Part shown: positions 9,106-19,381 of the stretch, in pieces | How the letters are laid out: each line of letters starts with the position of its first letter | Position numbering within the stretch: the first letter of the stretch is position 1 | IMG/VR virus record: IMGVR_UViG_3300029305_003110 | Coordinates: 1-64,000 of that record | DNA length: 64,000 nucleotides | Direction: 5' to 3' (one strand) | Source of the DNA: a virus | Taxonomy: Duplodnaviria > Caudoviricetes | The notes under the pieces: model-generated | The model's database searches: none | What the model was told of the DNA's origin: nothing | The model's input: the letters and a program-made list of their open reading frames with translations, nothing else | Position numbers and translations under genes: made by a program

Positions 9106-10397
9106 GATACTATAAATTCACATGATTCATTAAATGATTGTGATACTGTTGATCGAATTGATTCATTTACGTTCTGTGATACTATATTTGTGTGTGATTC
9201 ATTATCTGTTATCTGATTCTATTTTCATCATTGATTCGTTTATCTTCTCAGATACGATTGTATAGAATGACTCATTATACTCCTGGGATACTATTGCGGT
9301 TCGTGATTCATTTTTTTATCTTAGATACTATTGACGACCTCGACTCATTTTTTGTCTATGATGCTATTTTCATCACTGATTCGTTTAGAATTAATGATAC
9401 TATATTTTGGAGTGACTCATTAAGTAAAGGTGTTACTATTGCCATCCATGATTCGTTTTGAAGTATTGATACTATAGTTCCCTATGACTCATTTGGCTCT
9501 TTTGTTACTAAATATAAGAATGAATCGTTATTTCAATCCTGGTACAGTTATCTTTTATGACTCATTCTTTGTGTATGGTACTATTGATATAATTGATTCA
9601 TTGTTATATGATGATACTATTACCCTTAATGATTCATTTATCTACTAAGATACTATTACACATCTTGACTCATAAACTATCATTCGATACTATTTACATT
9701 ATTGATTCGTTCACGCATAATGTTACTATCTCAATAATTGACTCATTAATAAATTTTGATACTATTTTCAAAGATGATTCATTTCGTTTTTATGATGATG
9801 TAACGAATATTGATTTGTTTTTAAACTATAGTACTAATGGTGTATATCGAATCATTTTGGTCTTTTGATACTAAATCTATGAATGATTCGTTATTTCACT
9901 CTTGGTACAGTTATTTTTTATGACTCATTAAAAATGCTTGATACTAGTTTCGTTCATGATTCATTTTCTGTATTTGAAACATTTTTCTATTTTGACTCAT
10001 TATGAAAAAATGATACTATTTTTTTTTCTTGATTCGTTAATTTTTTTAGATACATGTTTTAAGAGGTGACTCATTGTATTCTTGTGATACCATCGCAGCT
10101 ATCTGATTCATTACTCATTATAGGTACTATAATTATGTGTGATTCATTTTATTTTCACGATACTATCATTTCGTATGATTCGTTTTTAAACAATAATACT
10201 TTATATACATATGACTCATTCAATCTTAGTGATACATTAACTTTGTAAGATTCATTCACCATCCCTGATACCATGTTCAATGTAGATTCATTAGCTCATT
10301 CTGATACAATTATTCAAATGGATTCATTAAATATTTTTGATACATTTTTTATGTCGGATTCATTTTATGTTTACAGATACTATATATTCTATTGATT
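9106..10397 (-). ncRNA. Dual-repeat interspaced array of ~36 x 36-nt units; putative TIGR-type guide-RNA array
   Basis: Plus strand alternates (T)GATACTAT and (T)GAYTCRTT every 18 nt with variable spacers (minus strand: AATGAATCA-N9-ATAGTATCA-N9); occasional +1 nt spacers and stop codons exclude one ORF. The repeat structure is directly visible; strand and TIGR identity are inferred. Confidence 0.75.
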
Positions 10398-10401
10398 TTA
10401 A

Positions 10402-10437
10402 AATTATCGGTATGATTCATGAATCATACCGATAATT
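10402..10437. repeat. Perfect 36-bp palindrome (terminator or processing hairpin) at the array boundary
   Basis: AATTATCGGTATGATTCATGAATCATACCGATAATT equals its own reverse complement. Confidence 0.85.
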
Positions 10438-10459
10438 CATTTAAGGAATATAGATAAAG

Positions 10460-10924
10460 TTATTTAACTTTATCTTTTATTTCTTTATTAAAGAATTCCT
10501 GAAGACTATCATAGTCTGAATTATTATATCCCTCATATAATTTATCATAATCTAAATTATATTTCAAAGCCATAGCTTCTATTGATTTAGGAGTTTCAAA
10601 ATACACATCTTTTTCAATGTATTTATTGAATACTTCTATTGCTTCAGGGTCTCCTTCTTCAACATCTCTTGTTAACTTATATCTATCGGGCATCGATAAT
10701 CTTTCAATGTTCAATATTACAGTGGTACATATAGTAAACATTACAATTATTGTCAGAATGACTGCTATTGTACCCTTTATTGATTTTGATTTCTGATCTT
10801 TCATTTCTAATCTCCTTTTGAGAACTCTATTCTCCTGTTTTAAACTTACATTTTCTGCTCTTAGATTATTCATCATTTCCTCATATGAATCATAATCTTT
10901 CGTTGATGTTAAATTATAGTCCAT
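10460..10924 (-). CDS. Coiled-coil plus single transmembrane hypothetical protein
   Basis: AGGAGG RBS; TATATATTAT motif at 10969-10978; hydrophobic segment IAVILTIIVMFTICTTVIL. Confidence 0.75.
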   Translation of the reverse strand: MDYNLTSTKDYDSYEEMMNNLRAENVSLKQENRVLKRRLEMKDQKSKSIKGTIAVILTIIVMFTICTTVILNIERLSMPDRYKLTRDVEEGDPEAIEVFNKYIEKDVYFETPKSIEAMALKYNLDYDKLYEGYNNSDYDSLQEFFNKEIKDKVK

Positions 10925-11001
10925 TTTAAATGGTCCTCCTTGATAAATATTTTTTATTTTATATGATAATAATATATATTTATATAGCGTATAAATACGG
11001 T

Positions 11002-13644
11002 TTATACGCTATATATTATATTTGAATTTTTATAATTGTCAAGGCTAATATCAGATGTCAGTATTATATCAACAGGATAATTATCGAACATGTTGTTGTG
11101 TGTGATTAAGAAAATTTGCTCAGAATCTATAACTTCCATCTGTTTTTCGAGGATATTTAAAAACATAGAACGGTTATGAGTATCCAGTGTACTATCTATT
11201 TCATCTAATAATAACACATTATAATCTTTTATTGATTGAGTTATTAGAGCAAATGATAATGCTAATGATAAAAAACTTCTTTCTCCTTGCGATGCATATA
11301 CGACATCATTTATACGGATACCATTTTTTATATATGGGATATTAAACTCTGTTGCATTTATTTCAAAATCATCAATTTCAAAATTATCACCATACACCAT
11401 TTCTAATAATTGATTTACGTACATTTTACTATTTTTCAAATATAACTGAATAAATAATAGAGGTATTCCCTTATTAGATGATAAGGCTTCACGTATAAGC
11501 AGTATTTCATCAAACTTATCAGTTAATATATTTCGTTCTTTCGATAAATTATCAAATTCTTTTAATGCAAACCTTTTATTAAATATATCTTTTTCTAAAT
11601 TATCAATATTCCAATCGATATTTTTTATAGTATTTTCTATACTGCCCTTTTCGCTCAATAGATTAGATAAACTGGCTAATGTCTTATGTCTATAATCTAT
11701 TTCTTTTTCATTATTAGAAATATTAATCTTATAATCACATACCTGAACTTCAATATTTGCATATAGTTCCGCATTGTCTTTAAGTTGTTCAAAATCTTCA
11801 ATCCTATCTGTAATATTGATGATAGTTTTAGATATTGTCGCGTCTAAAAGTTCTATTTCAGAAATTTTATTATCAATAGAATTGAGTTCAGAATTTAATT
11901 TATCTATATTAGATTTATTGACATTCATAGACCTCATTTCATAATCAAGTTCTTTGATTTTAACTTCAAGCTTTTTATAATCTTCATATTCCTCTATGTC
12001 TGAGATATATTCAGTTAAAATATTCTCGTTATATACATCAGAACGACTATCTATAGAATTAATTATATTTTCTAATGAAAAATATGTTATATTAGTTTTG
12101 TCTATGAGTTCTTTATTAGATTTTAATAATATAAGGATATACTCAAAATTCCTATTTATATTAGATAACATTTCTAATATATCTTTCTCATTTTGTAATG
12201 AAGATAATGACTCTTTATTTTCATTTGAGTCATTGCCAAATATAACATCATATAATTCTAAATATGGACATTTCTTATTTGGACAATCTTCGGGTCTGAA
12301 TAAAATAGCCACATTATTATTTAAGAAGGATGTATTTACATCTTTATTAAATTTAGATATCTTTTTATCTATTATAGATAGATTTTCTTTAATATAACTA
12401 TCTATATTAATACCGTCTCTAAATAATTTAACAAATGTATTTATAGCAATATTATCAAATTCGTATATTGTATATACAATTTTATTTATTTCTATGAGAA
12501 TATTTAATAGCACCATCATATTATCTTTACTATCATTAGGAACTCCTTTAGAAAATTTTTCTTTATATTTTTCACACTTTTTAATTAAATCTAATTGAAG
12601 ATTGGATATTTGAGCATATTCCAAATCCGAAGTCAATTTTTTTAATTCAAGATATATGTCTTCACGTTTATTATATAAATCATTCAATTGGTCTTTATAA
12701 AATGATGACATGCTCTTATTATATTCAATTTTAGAATTTAATTCATTGAGTTGAGAATTTATATCAGATAGATATGATTCTATTGTATCGGTTATAACAA
12801 CAAAGCAATTATTTTGTTTATCAATTAACCGAGATAATTCTTTTTCATAATCCTTGGTTTCATTTGTTAACTCATTTAAGTTACTCTTAAATGTATCTAT
12901 TCCTTCAGGGATTATAACCGATATTTTTCCATTAATTGTGCCGTACTCATGTTGTAATTTTTCTTTTTCTTTTTTATACTCAAGTAAACGATTTTCTATA
13001 TCGCTTATGTCTTTTTGTAATAATTCAGCATCGATTATATTGAGCTTATCTATTTTATCAGTAACAGTTTTTAATAAATTCTTAAGGAGCTTTGTATCTT
13101 CATTTACCTTCTTATATAATTCATTATAAATATTTATATCTGATAATAAATCTGATGTAAAATTCTTTCTTTCTGCAGATTTCATTTCTATAAGATTAGT
13201 TACATTAGAACCTAATCTTAATAATTTTAAATAATCAGATTCTATAGATAATTCATTTTTTATAACTTCATGGAAGGAACGTACATTTCCATTTGGGTTT
13301 AATTCATTTCCATTTTTCTGTATAAAGCTTTTAACAGATACTTGATTTTTTGATGATTTATAAAAATGCTGTATTTTATATTCATCGTCTCCAAATTCTA
13401 TCCAAATCTCTTTATATCCATCTTCCCCTTCCAATATTAAATTTGTATTATTTCTAACATCCATATTTCCTGGATATGCAAATGGATGCAATGCACTTAA
13501 TATAGAAGTTTTTCCGCTACCATTTTTACCAACCAGAAGGGTGATATTGTGTTTTGACTTAGAAAAATCTATTTCTATTTTCTTCTTATGCATAGATACA
13601 TATATTGATGCATAATTCTTTAATTGTAAATAAGTTATTTTCAT
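11002..13644 (-). CDS. sbcC: SbcC/Rad50-like SMC-family ATPase
   Basis: Walker A GKNGSGKT, long coiled coils with central CPNKKCPY, signature ASQGE, Walker B LLLDE, ITH switch. Confidence 0.88.
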   Translation of the reverse strand: MKITYLQLKNYASIYVSMHKKKIEIDFSKSKHNITLLVGKNGSGKTSILSALHPFAYPGNMDVRNNTNLILEGEDGYKEIWIEFGDDEYKIQHFYKSSKNQVSVKSFIQKNGNELNPNGNVRSFHEVIKNELSIESDYLKLLRLGSNVTNLIEMKSAERKNFTSDLLSDINIYNELYKKVNEDTKLLKNLLKTVTDKIDKLNIIDAELLQKDISDIENRLLEYKKEKEKLQHEYGTINGKISVIIPEGIDTFKSNLNELTNETKDYEKELSRLIDKQNNCFVVITDTIESYLSDINSQLNELNSKIEYNKSMSSFYKDQLNDLYNKREDIYLELKKLTSDLEYAQISNLQLDLIKKCEKYKEKFSKGVPNDSKDNMMVLLNILIEINKIVYTIYEFDNIAINTFVKLFRDGINIDSYIKENLSIIDKKISKFNKDVNTSFLNNNVAILFRPEDCPNKKCPYLELYDVIFGNDSNENKESLSSLQNEKDILEMLSNINRNFEYILILLKSNKELIDKTNITYFSLENIINSIDSRSDVYNENILTEYISDIEEYEDYKKLEVKIKELDYEMRSMNVNKSNIDKLNSELNSIDNKISEIELLDATISKTIINITDRIEDFEQLKDNAELYANIEVQVCDYKINISNNEKEIDYRHKTLASLSNLLSEKGSIENTIKNIDWNIDNLEKDIFNKRFALKEFDNLSKERNILTDKFDEILLIREALSSNKGIPLLFIQLYLKNSKMYVNQLLEMVYGDNFEIDDFEINATEFNIPYIKNGIRINDVVYASQGERSFLSLALSFALITQSIKDYNVLLLDEIDSTLDTHNRSMFLNILEKQMEVIDSEQIFLITHNNMFDNYPVDIILTSDISLDNYKNSNIIYSV

Positions 13645-13740
13645 ATGAAATCCCTCCTTTAAAACAAAAAAGAAAAATACATAGAATTAAAAACTATGTA
13701 TTTTTCATTATAATTAAGTTTAGTAATAATTTATATGTTA

Positions 13741-14388
13741 TCAAAAATCTTCACTACTAATCCTAATATCATTTGGGAGCGGATTTAATTGGTCTTCGCC
13801 CGAATTTGTAATCATCATATCCCATTTAACACCAAGTATTTCACACCATGTCTTAAAATTGGTTACAGTCATCTTGGTATCTCTATTCAGTCCACTTTTC
13901 ATATTATTCAAAGAATATTCTGTGGCGAATTTGTTTTTATAATTCCTTAAATTTATTTTCTTGTCAATTATGATTTTCTTAACAAGGTATTTTAAGAAGT
14001 CATCGTCCTCTTTAATCGTTGGTGTATACAGTTCCGTGTTGTTATTGATTATTTCGATGTCTTCTGGTTGAACAAATAATTCTTTAGATTTTTCTATATT
14101 TTCAAAAATACTATCAGGATTTAGTTCTGATACATGATGAATATTGAATAATTCTTTCTCTTTCTCATCTGGTGAAATAAATACATATTTTCCATCATCA
14201 TTATAAATTCCAAAATGCTTTGGATTTTTTTCTTTTAATTTTCCACGATATATATAAACCGTATCGCCTATTATATATCCAACATCTTTTTTGAGTTTTT
14301 CGCCTTCAATAAATACATCAACCTCATAGTATTCGTCGTCAACTATTAATATCGGTCTAGTACCTATAAATACTTTTATTTCACACAT
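13741..14388 (-). CDS. Hypothetical protein
   Basis: 215-aa ORF in the minus-strand operon. Confidence 0.7.
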   Translation of the reverse strand: MCEIKVFIGTRPILIVDDEYYEVDVFIEGEKLKKDVGYIIGDTVYIYRGKLKEKNPKHFGIYNDDGKYVFISPDEKEKELFNIHHVSELNPDSIFENIEKSKELFVQPEDIEIINNNTELYTPTIKEDDDFLKYLVKKIIIDKKINLRNYKNKFATEYSLNNMKSGLNRDTKMTVTNFKTWCEILGVKWDMMITNSGEDQLNPLPNDIRISSEDF

Positions 14389-14743
14389 AACTGATATTCA
14401 CCTCAATTTTTGGTTTAGAATTCAATGTTGATATAAATGACATCTTTTTACATTCAGTACAATAATACCATGCCAATTTAGTATTTGGGTCGCTATAATC
14501 TGACGCTCTATATGCCAAATGTCCACAATCGCACAACAATGAATTGTTTGCAGGACTGTCGATATTGGATATAAGGAACCCTTCTTCTCTTAATGGTATA
14601 AGAAATCCACCTTCATTATAATAATATAGCTGATAGCATTCTGGGCATATTAATAATTTCCCAAGAAGAATATCTTTATAATGTTTAAGCTCAATAGAAC
14701 GTCCATTATGTTTATAATTTTCACAATAACTAATATAATACAT
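14381..14743 (-). CDS. Cys-rich zinc-ribbon hypothetical protein
   Basis: CPEC, CDCG and CTEC motifs; GAGGTG RBS. Confidence 0.65.
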   Translation of the reverse strand: MYYISYCENYKHNGRSIELKHYKDILLGKLLICPECYQLYYYNEGGFLIPLREEGFLISNIDSPANNSLLCDCGHLAYRASDYSDPNTKLAWYYCTECKKMSFISTLNSKPKIEVNISYV

Positions 14744-14769
14744 ATAAACCCACCTCTCTATTAAATTTA

Positions 14770-15504
14770 TTATTCATTTTCTTTAATTCCGGAAAATAAT
14801 TTTTCTTTATCATTATTTGGTCGATATGTTGACTCGACCTCTTCTTTTACATCGCTAAAGTTTACTTTAGGCTTTGGTGTGAAGGTCTTTTTATTATCAG
14901 CAAATAAATTCTCGTCTGATTTCTTATAATATGATATATAGTAATTTAATAATAATTGTGAATATGTGAATAAATCTATGTTTGATAATGTATAATATAG
15001 CGCTTCCAACATTTCGATTGGTAATTCGGCTTTATTTTCGAATTTATTAATATATAATATTGCCCCTTCATAGGATACCTCATTATCATCATATATAACC
15101 CCTGGACGGATTAATATTTGTTGATTAGTGCCATATAAAGATATTTTCCGTGTAAATTTATCCACCATATCCTTATATGCTATAATTTCTCCATCAGCTT
15201 TATTTGCAAAGATATTTTCATTATAAATATCTTTTATAACCTTCTTAATCATCGATACAATACTTTGTATATTATTTTGACTTATTAGTAATGTCTTATC
15301 TTTGGACCATTCATCACTGACTATCTCTAAAGTCAAATATACATTGGTGTCTAATTTCAAATATAAGTTATTCATATACTCATATTCATTATGACAATTT
15401 CCTTGTTCATTAAAAACTCTAACATGAATTTTCAATACTAAATTTTTAAAATTCAATATAGTTCTCGTTATTTTTTCTGGTTTCTTGCTTATGATAATCA
15501 CCAC
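14770..15504 (-). CDS. Hypothetical protein
   Basis: 244-aa ORF. Confidence 0.7.
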   Translation of the reverse strand: MVIIISKKPEKITRTILNFKNLVLKIHVRVFNEQGNCHNEYEYMNNLYLKLDTNVYLTLEIVSDEWSKDKTLLISQNNIQSIVSMIKKVIKDIYNENIFANKADGEIIAYKDMVDKFTRKISLYGTNQQILIRPGVIYDDNEVSYEGAILYINKFENKAELPIEMLEALYYTLSNIDLFTYSQLLLNYYISYYKKSDENLFADNKKTFTPKPKVNFSDVKEEVESTYRPNNDKEKLFSGIKENE

Positions 15505-15586
15505 ACTTCTTAATGTAAAATATTCATATACATACAGATGATATATATTTCAAATCATCTGTATGTATATTCTAATTTTAAATTTA

Positions 15587-18239
15587 TTAATCTGGTATAT
15601 TAACATCGATAACCATATAGTTATCTAAATTCTCGATAGTACTAATATTGAATGTTTTATCAACATCATTAGTTCTTAAATGATAATCGAAATATTCTTC
15701 CACACTATTGAACGATGGTGTTACTTTTATAGGTAAATCGCCATTATCAGATATTGTTTCCATAATATCTTTATCAAAATTATATTTGAATGACTCCGGA
15801 TCATTTTCTCCATTAAAGTATAACCCGTCAGTTTTACAGAATGGTGTAAGAACTGCTGATGTACCAGGCATGGCGTCTTCACATAGAGTCGTTAATTCTA
15901 TGCAGTTCTCCTATGAACTTCTATATATTTCTATATAGCATGAGACTATATCTTCAACTCTCAGGATGAGAGTTGCTCTCCATTTCCACTCACTTGAGTG
16001 TACTCTACTCGATTAACCAAGATTAATATCTATATAATAATATTTATCTTCGTCTCTTTCGATAGTCGTTGAACTTTTTGATATATATTGTTTGTATATG
16101 TCGTAGTATAGTACTTTTCGTTTTATTGCAGATATTCGTTTAACGAATCTATTAAATCTTTCTGGATCATTCCTCTTAGAACCTATATTAAATTTTTGTA
16201 ATATTTCATGTGTAGTCTTTCCTTCTGCTATCATTTTACACAGCATATGAATATCCTCATCATTTAATTTATCAATAGTTCCATGAGTTTTTCTATGCCA
16301 ATACTGATTAGTTGAATAGTCTCCCCATCGAATATTGTCTTTGAAATTGTTTAGCGTATCATTGTCGATATGCTCAGCAATACTATTTTTGCATTTTGGT
16401 TCTCCATGAAATGCTCTTGCTACCAATCGACTTACTCTAAAGTTACGTTTACCAGAATACGTTTCTAATCTTATAGAAAAATATCCATCATCACCAAGAG
16501 ATGCTTTTCTGGATTTATTTCTTGTATGATTATACACGTTACCGTATTCATCAATTTCGTATATTGGTTTTATATTCCAAAAATCTATTTTAACCCGCAT
16601 ATTACATACCTCCCTTCATAATTATTTTTATCTATAAGTATTTAATATACAATATATATCAACTTAGCTGCGGATTGACCATATATCTATTAACCTTTTT
16701 ACTATACCTTATATGATTAGTATAAGCCCTTATCTATATTACTATGATAAGTTAGTAGTTAAAGCTTTAGGCATCCGATATAATTATATCAGATAGTCAT
16801 CACTCATGACTCGTCCCCGCAATTAAAAGAGTTAAGTGACCATTTTATTAATCACTTGTGCCGCAAACATTAATATCTATTTTCCCAATATAAGATGGGT
16901 CAATACCTCTATATTTTGCAGCAATATTATTATCATTAGTACCACCTAAACTATTTGGACCCTTAAAAGTTATTCTAAGCTTTGCAAAGAAATCCATATC
17001 GTTTACTTTGTCGTCAAAGCGCAATAATCCGCTTTTATGCAACTGCTGGATCAATAAGTCGCCGGGAAATTTAAATATTTCCTTAATATTTTTTAGAGTT
17101 GCTTTACTTCCTAATGCGATTATTCTATTGACTCTCTCGGAAAACGCCTTAGTGAGCAATGATGCAATGTATTCATTACATCTTAATCGCTTATTATTTA
17201 AATCAAGATTATCTTTCTTTCTTAAACTATTAAAGTTCATAATCATCCATCTCAGTATCGAATACGTATCTGTTTTATTGATTGGATGAACTTTTAATAT
17301 TCGTTTAGTTGTATCATCAATCATTCTGTCGAAGAATGTTAATGTATTTAACCCTTTTTCATACTGGCTAGTTTTTGTTGTCGTTCCCAAACTGCCGATA
17401 CTCTCTATCCAGTAATATTCATTATATAGTATATCAAATGTCAATCTATTTGTTACTATATTCAATAACATGAATGCTATAGTTCTAGTATACACATATT
17501 TGTCAAAAAAGTATTTATTTACTTCCAAGAACATTTTAGAGCTTATTGGGAAATACACATTATTATCTTTATCATCGATAGTATTAGTAAATCTAATTAT
17601 CTTATCGACAGAGAAGTATTTTAATGTTTCATCGATTCCCATTTTTGCTAAATAGAATAATAAGATATCTGCATCTTTCTTAAATATGTTAATTGTGTAT
17701 GTTGGTGCAGAATATTCTTCATCATCAATAGTCTTATACGTTGCCATTTTTAATTTCATAATTACCGGCATCATAGATTTAAGTGTTAGTGTTGACTTTG
17801 TTGTATATGTGCTAGAATCTACAATCTGATACATTAAGAAATACTGTGTTCCTTTGATAGTATAATATCCTCTTTCATCTGGAACAGGAATTAATAATTT
17901 CTTAACTATAATATCTTCTTCATCTCCACATTCGAGATGAAACTTTAACTGCAACTCAGCGTACCTACTATCCTTAAGATACATATATCGTGTTGCATCT
18001 TTTTTCTTAGTTTTACCTCTGCTTCTTGCATCAATATAATCACTTGTATTTATTTCTGCCTCATTCGTTATATATTCATAACCGAGAAACTTAACGAATT
18101 TGAGGACTTCGAGCGACTTACAACAATCGACAATATACTCAACTAACTCATAGTCATTTTGTCTATTGATTAGTCCATAATTCATTCGTTCTTCATTTTT
18201 ATTTTTATATTCTTTTATGAATTTTTTCAAAACTATCAC
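15587..18239 (-). CDS. Phage RNA polymerase beta subunit, N-terminal half; spliced from exons 18239-16851 and 15868-15587 (~556 aa)
   Basis: GPNSLGG...YRGIDPSYIGKIDINVCGTSD|PGTSAVL matches RpoB GPGG...RDVHxSHYGRxCPIETPEGxNIG; splicing restores the frame. Confidence 0.85.
15869..16850 (-). mobile_element. Group I intron in the RNAP beta-N gene, carrying an HNH endonuclease
   Basis: P1: exon AAGUGAU pairs with GUCACUU with a U-G at the splice site; core motifs AAUUGCGGGGA, AAUCCGCAGC, GUUCAACGACUA, AAGAUAUAGUC; terminal G at 15869. Confidence 0.88.
16013..16600 (-). CDS. Intron-encoded HNH homing endonuclease
   Basis: YEIDEYGNV...VSRLVARAF...EHIDNDTLNNFKDNIRW; its 3-prime end runs into the intron core. 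Confidence 0.85.
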   Translation of the reverse strand: MRVKIDFWNIKPIYEIDEYGNVYNHTRNKSRKASLGDDGYFSIRLETYSGKRNFRVSRLVARAFHGEPKCKNSIAEHIDNDTLNNFKDNIRWGDYSTNQYWHRKTHGTIDKLNDEDIHMLCKMIAEGKTTHEILQKFNIGSKRNDPERFNRFVKRISAIKRKVLYYDIYKQYISKSSTTIERDEDKYYYIDINLG

Positions 18240-18241
18240 CC

Positions 18242-18745
18242 CTAATCATTTTTTGTATTAGTTGTTATAAATATAACTTCGACATTAAATGTCTTGAGAT
18301 TCAATGCAGTGATAGAATCTGTTGGCATTTTAACAAATATACTTTCTATAGGATTAATCCTTAAATAATATGATGAGTTAAATCTAAATACACTGCCTAT
18401 TTTTATATCCTTTAACATATTATCTTCATCTTTAGGTATATATCTGATTGATGATGGTGGTACAATTATATCTCCATCACAGTCTAAATTGCCATATTGG
18501 GTACAATTTTCGCACTTATTGTATTCACATTTTTTACATTTTTCTCTATCAGTAGTATCGCATTCCTTTGTTATAAATTTGCGCCTACAGGTTATGCATA
18601 CCCTATCACAATAAATACAATCAATATCCTGTATACTTTGTTCAGATAGTTTATCGACGGAAATTATTTGATCACCCATACATTTACTACATGTGACACG
18701 TAATCCCTTTTCATCATATCCTTGTATGATAAATGGCATGTTCAC
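18242..18745 (-). CDS. Cys-rich hypothetical protein
   Basis: Multiple CxxC motifs. Confidence 0.65.
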   Translation of the reverse strand: MNMPFIIQGYDEKGLRVTCSKCMGDQIISVDKLSEQSIQDIDCIYCDRVCITCRRKFITKECDTTDREKCKKCEYNKCENCTQYGNLDCDGDIIVPPSSIRYIPKDEDNMLKDIKIGSVFRFNSSYYLRINPIESIFVKMPTDSITALNLKTFNVEVIFITTNTKND

Positions 18746-19272
18746 CCCTCCATATCGAGAATGTGTTTTATTGCTTCCTCCAAATAGCTATAATCTAAAC
18801 CATATATGATCGCTTCATCACTATCTCCGGTTTTATCTTCATTAGGAATTTCTATTCCTTTATTATATAGAAAGTTTTCAAATACGTCAATAATAGACAC
18901 CGCTAATTCTCTATTTTTTTCTAACCCATTATAGGTGTCCTCGATGGCGACGTCAAATAATATATCTAAGCACGGATCAGCTAATTCTTTATCGTTCATT
19001 ACAGATAAGTCATCATATCTTTTTTCAATAACCATAACATTATTCAGATAAGTTCTTATGGCAAAGTCTACTAAATCGACATCTACACTAATTGTATTGA
19101 AAACTCCTTTTGGCATTTCATGTTCAGTAGTGCCGATGTTAATATGATGCATATTAGAAAAATCTGGTAAATGGTCATATTCTCTTTCAAAAAATTCTTC
19201 AATTAATTGTAGTGATCTCTCCCTTTCTATGCATGTTTTACTAGCTTTGTGTTTACCTATTTTTTCATTCAT
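18742..19272 (-). CDS. Hypothetical protein
   Basis: 176-aa ORF, GAGGTG RBS, TATATATTAT motif at 19292-19301. Confidence 0.7.
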   Translation of the reverse strand: MNEKIGKHKASKTCIERERSLQLIEEFFEREYDHLPDFSNMHHINIGTTEHEMPKGVFNTISVDVDLVDFAIRTYLNNVMVIEKRYDDLSVMNDKELADPCLDILFDVAIEDTYNGLEKNRELAVSIIDVFENFLYNKGIEIPNEDKTGDSDEAIIYGLDYSYLEEAIKHILDMEG

Positions 19273-19324
19273 ATTTAATCACCTCAATTACATAATATAT
19301 ATTTTATATTTTTATCAATCTAAT

Positions 19325-19380
19325 AAAAAAAATATACCCGATGAATTTATAATTGATTCATCGGGTATATATTTATTTTT
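19325..19380 (-). terminator. Terminator hairpin
   Basis: ATATACCCGATGAAT/ATTCATCGGGTATAT with an A-run on the plus strand (U-tail on minus). Confidence 0.7.
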
Positions 19381-19381
19381 C

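Noticed and set aside
9231-10248. Plus-strand ORFs 9231..9461, 9593..9868 and 10066..10248, or one hexapeptide-repeat gene (DTIxxxDSFxxx)
   Set aside because: They arise from the 18-nt periodicity; several +1 spacers and stop codons break the frame on both strands and there is no RBS. Repeat variation does fall at codon-third-like positions, so a decayed coding origin is disfavoured but not fully excluded.
9106-10397. The array as a CRISPR array
   Set aside because: Two alternating ~9-nt repeats with ~9-nt spacers; CRISPR has one longer repeat with longer spacers, and I see no cas genes.
9106-10397. The array as replication-origin iterons or a tubC-like centromere
   Set aside because: Not excluded, but strict A/B alternation with fixed-length variable spacers and flanking terminator-like hairpins fits a transcribed guide array better, and the tubulin gene is ~38 kb away.
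15587-15871. Stand-alone 94-aa gene
   Set aside because: Its ATG is the last three bases of the intron; it is exon 2 of the RNAP beta-N gene.
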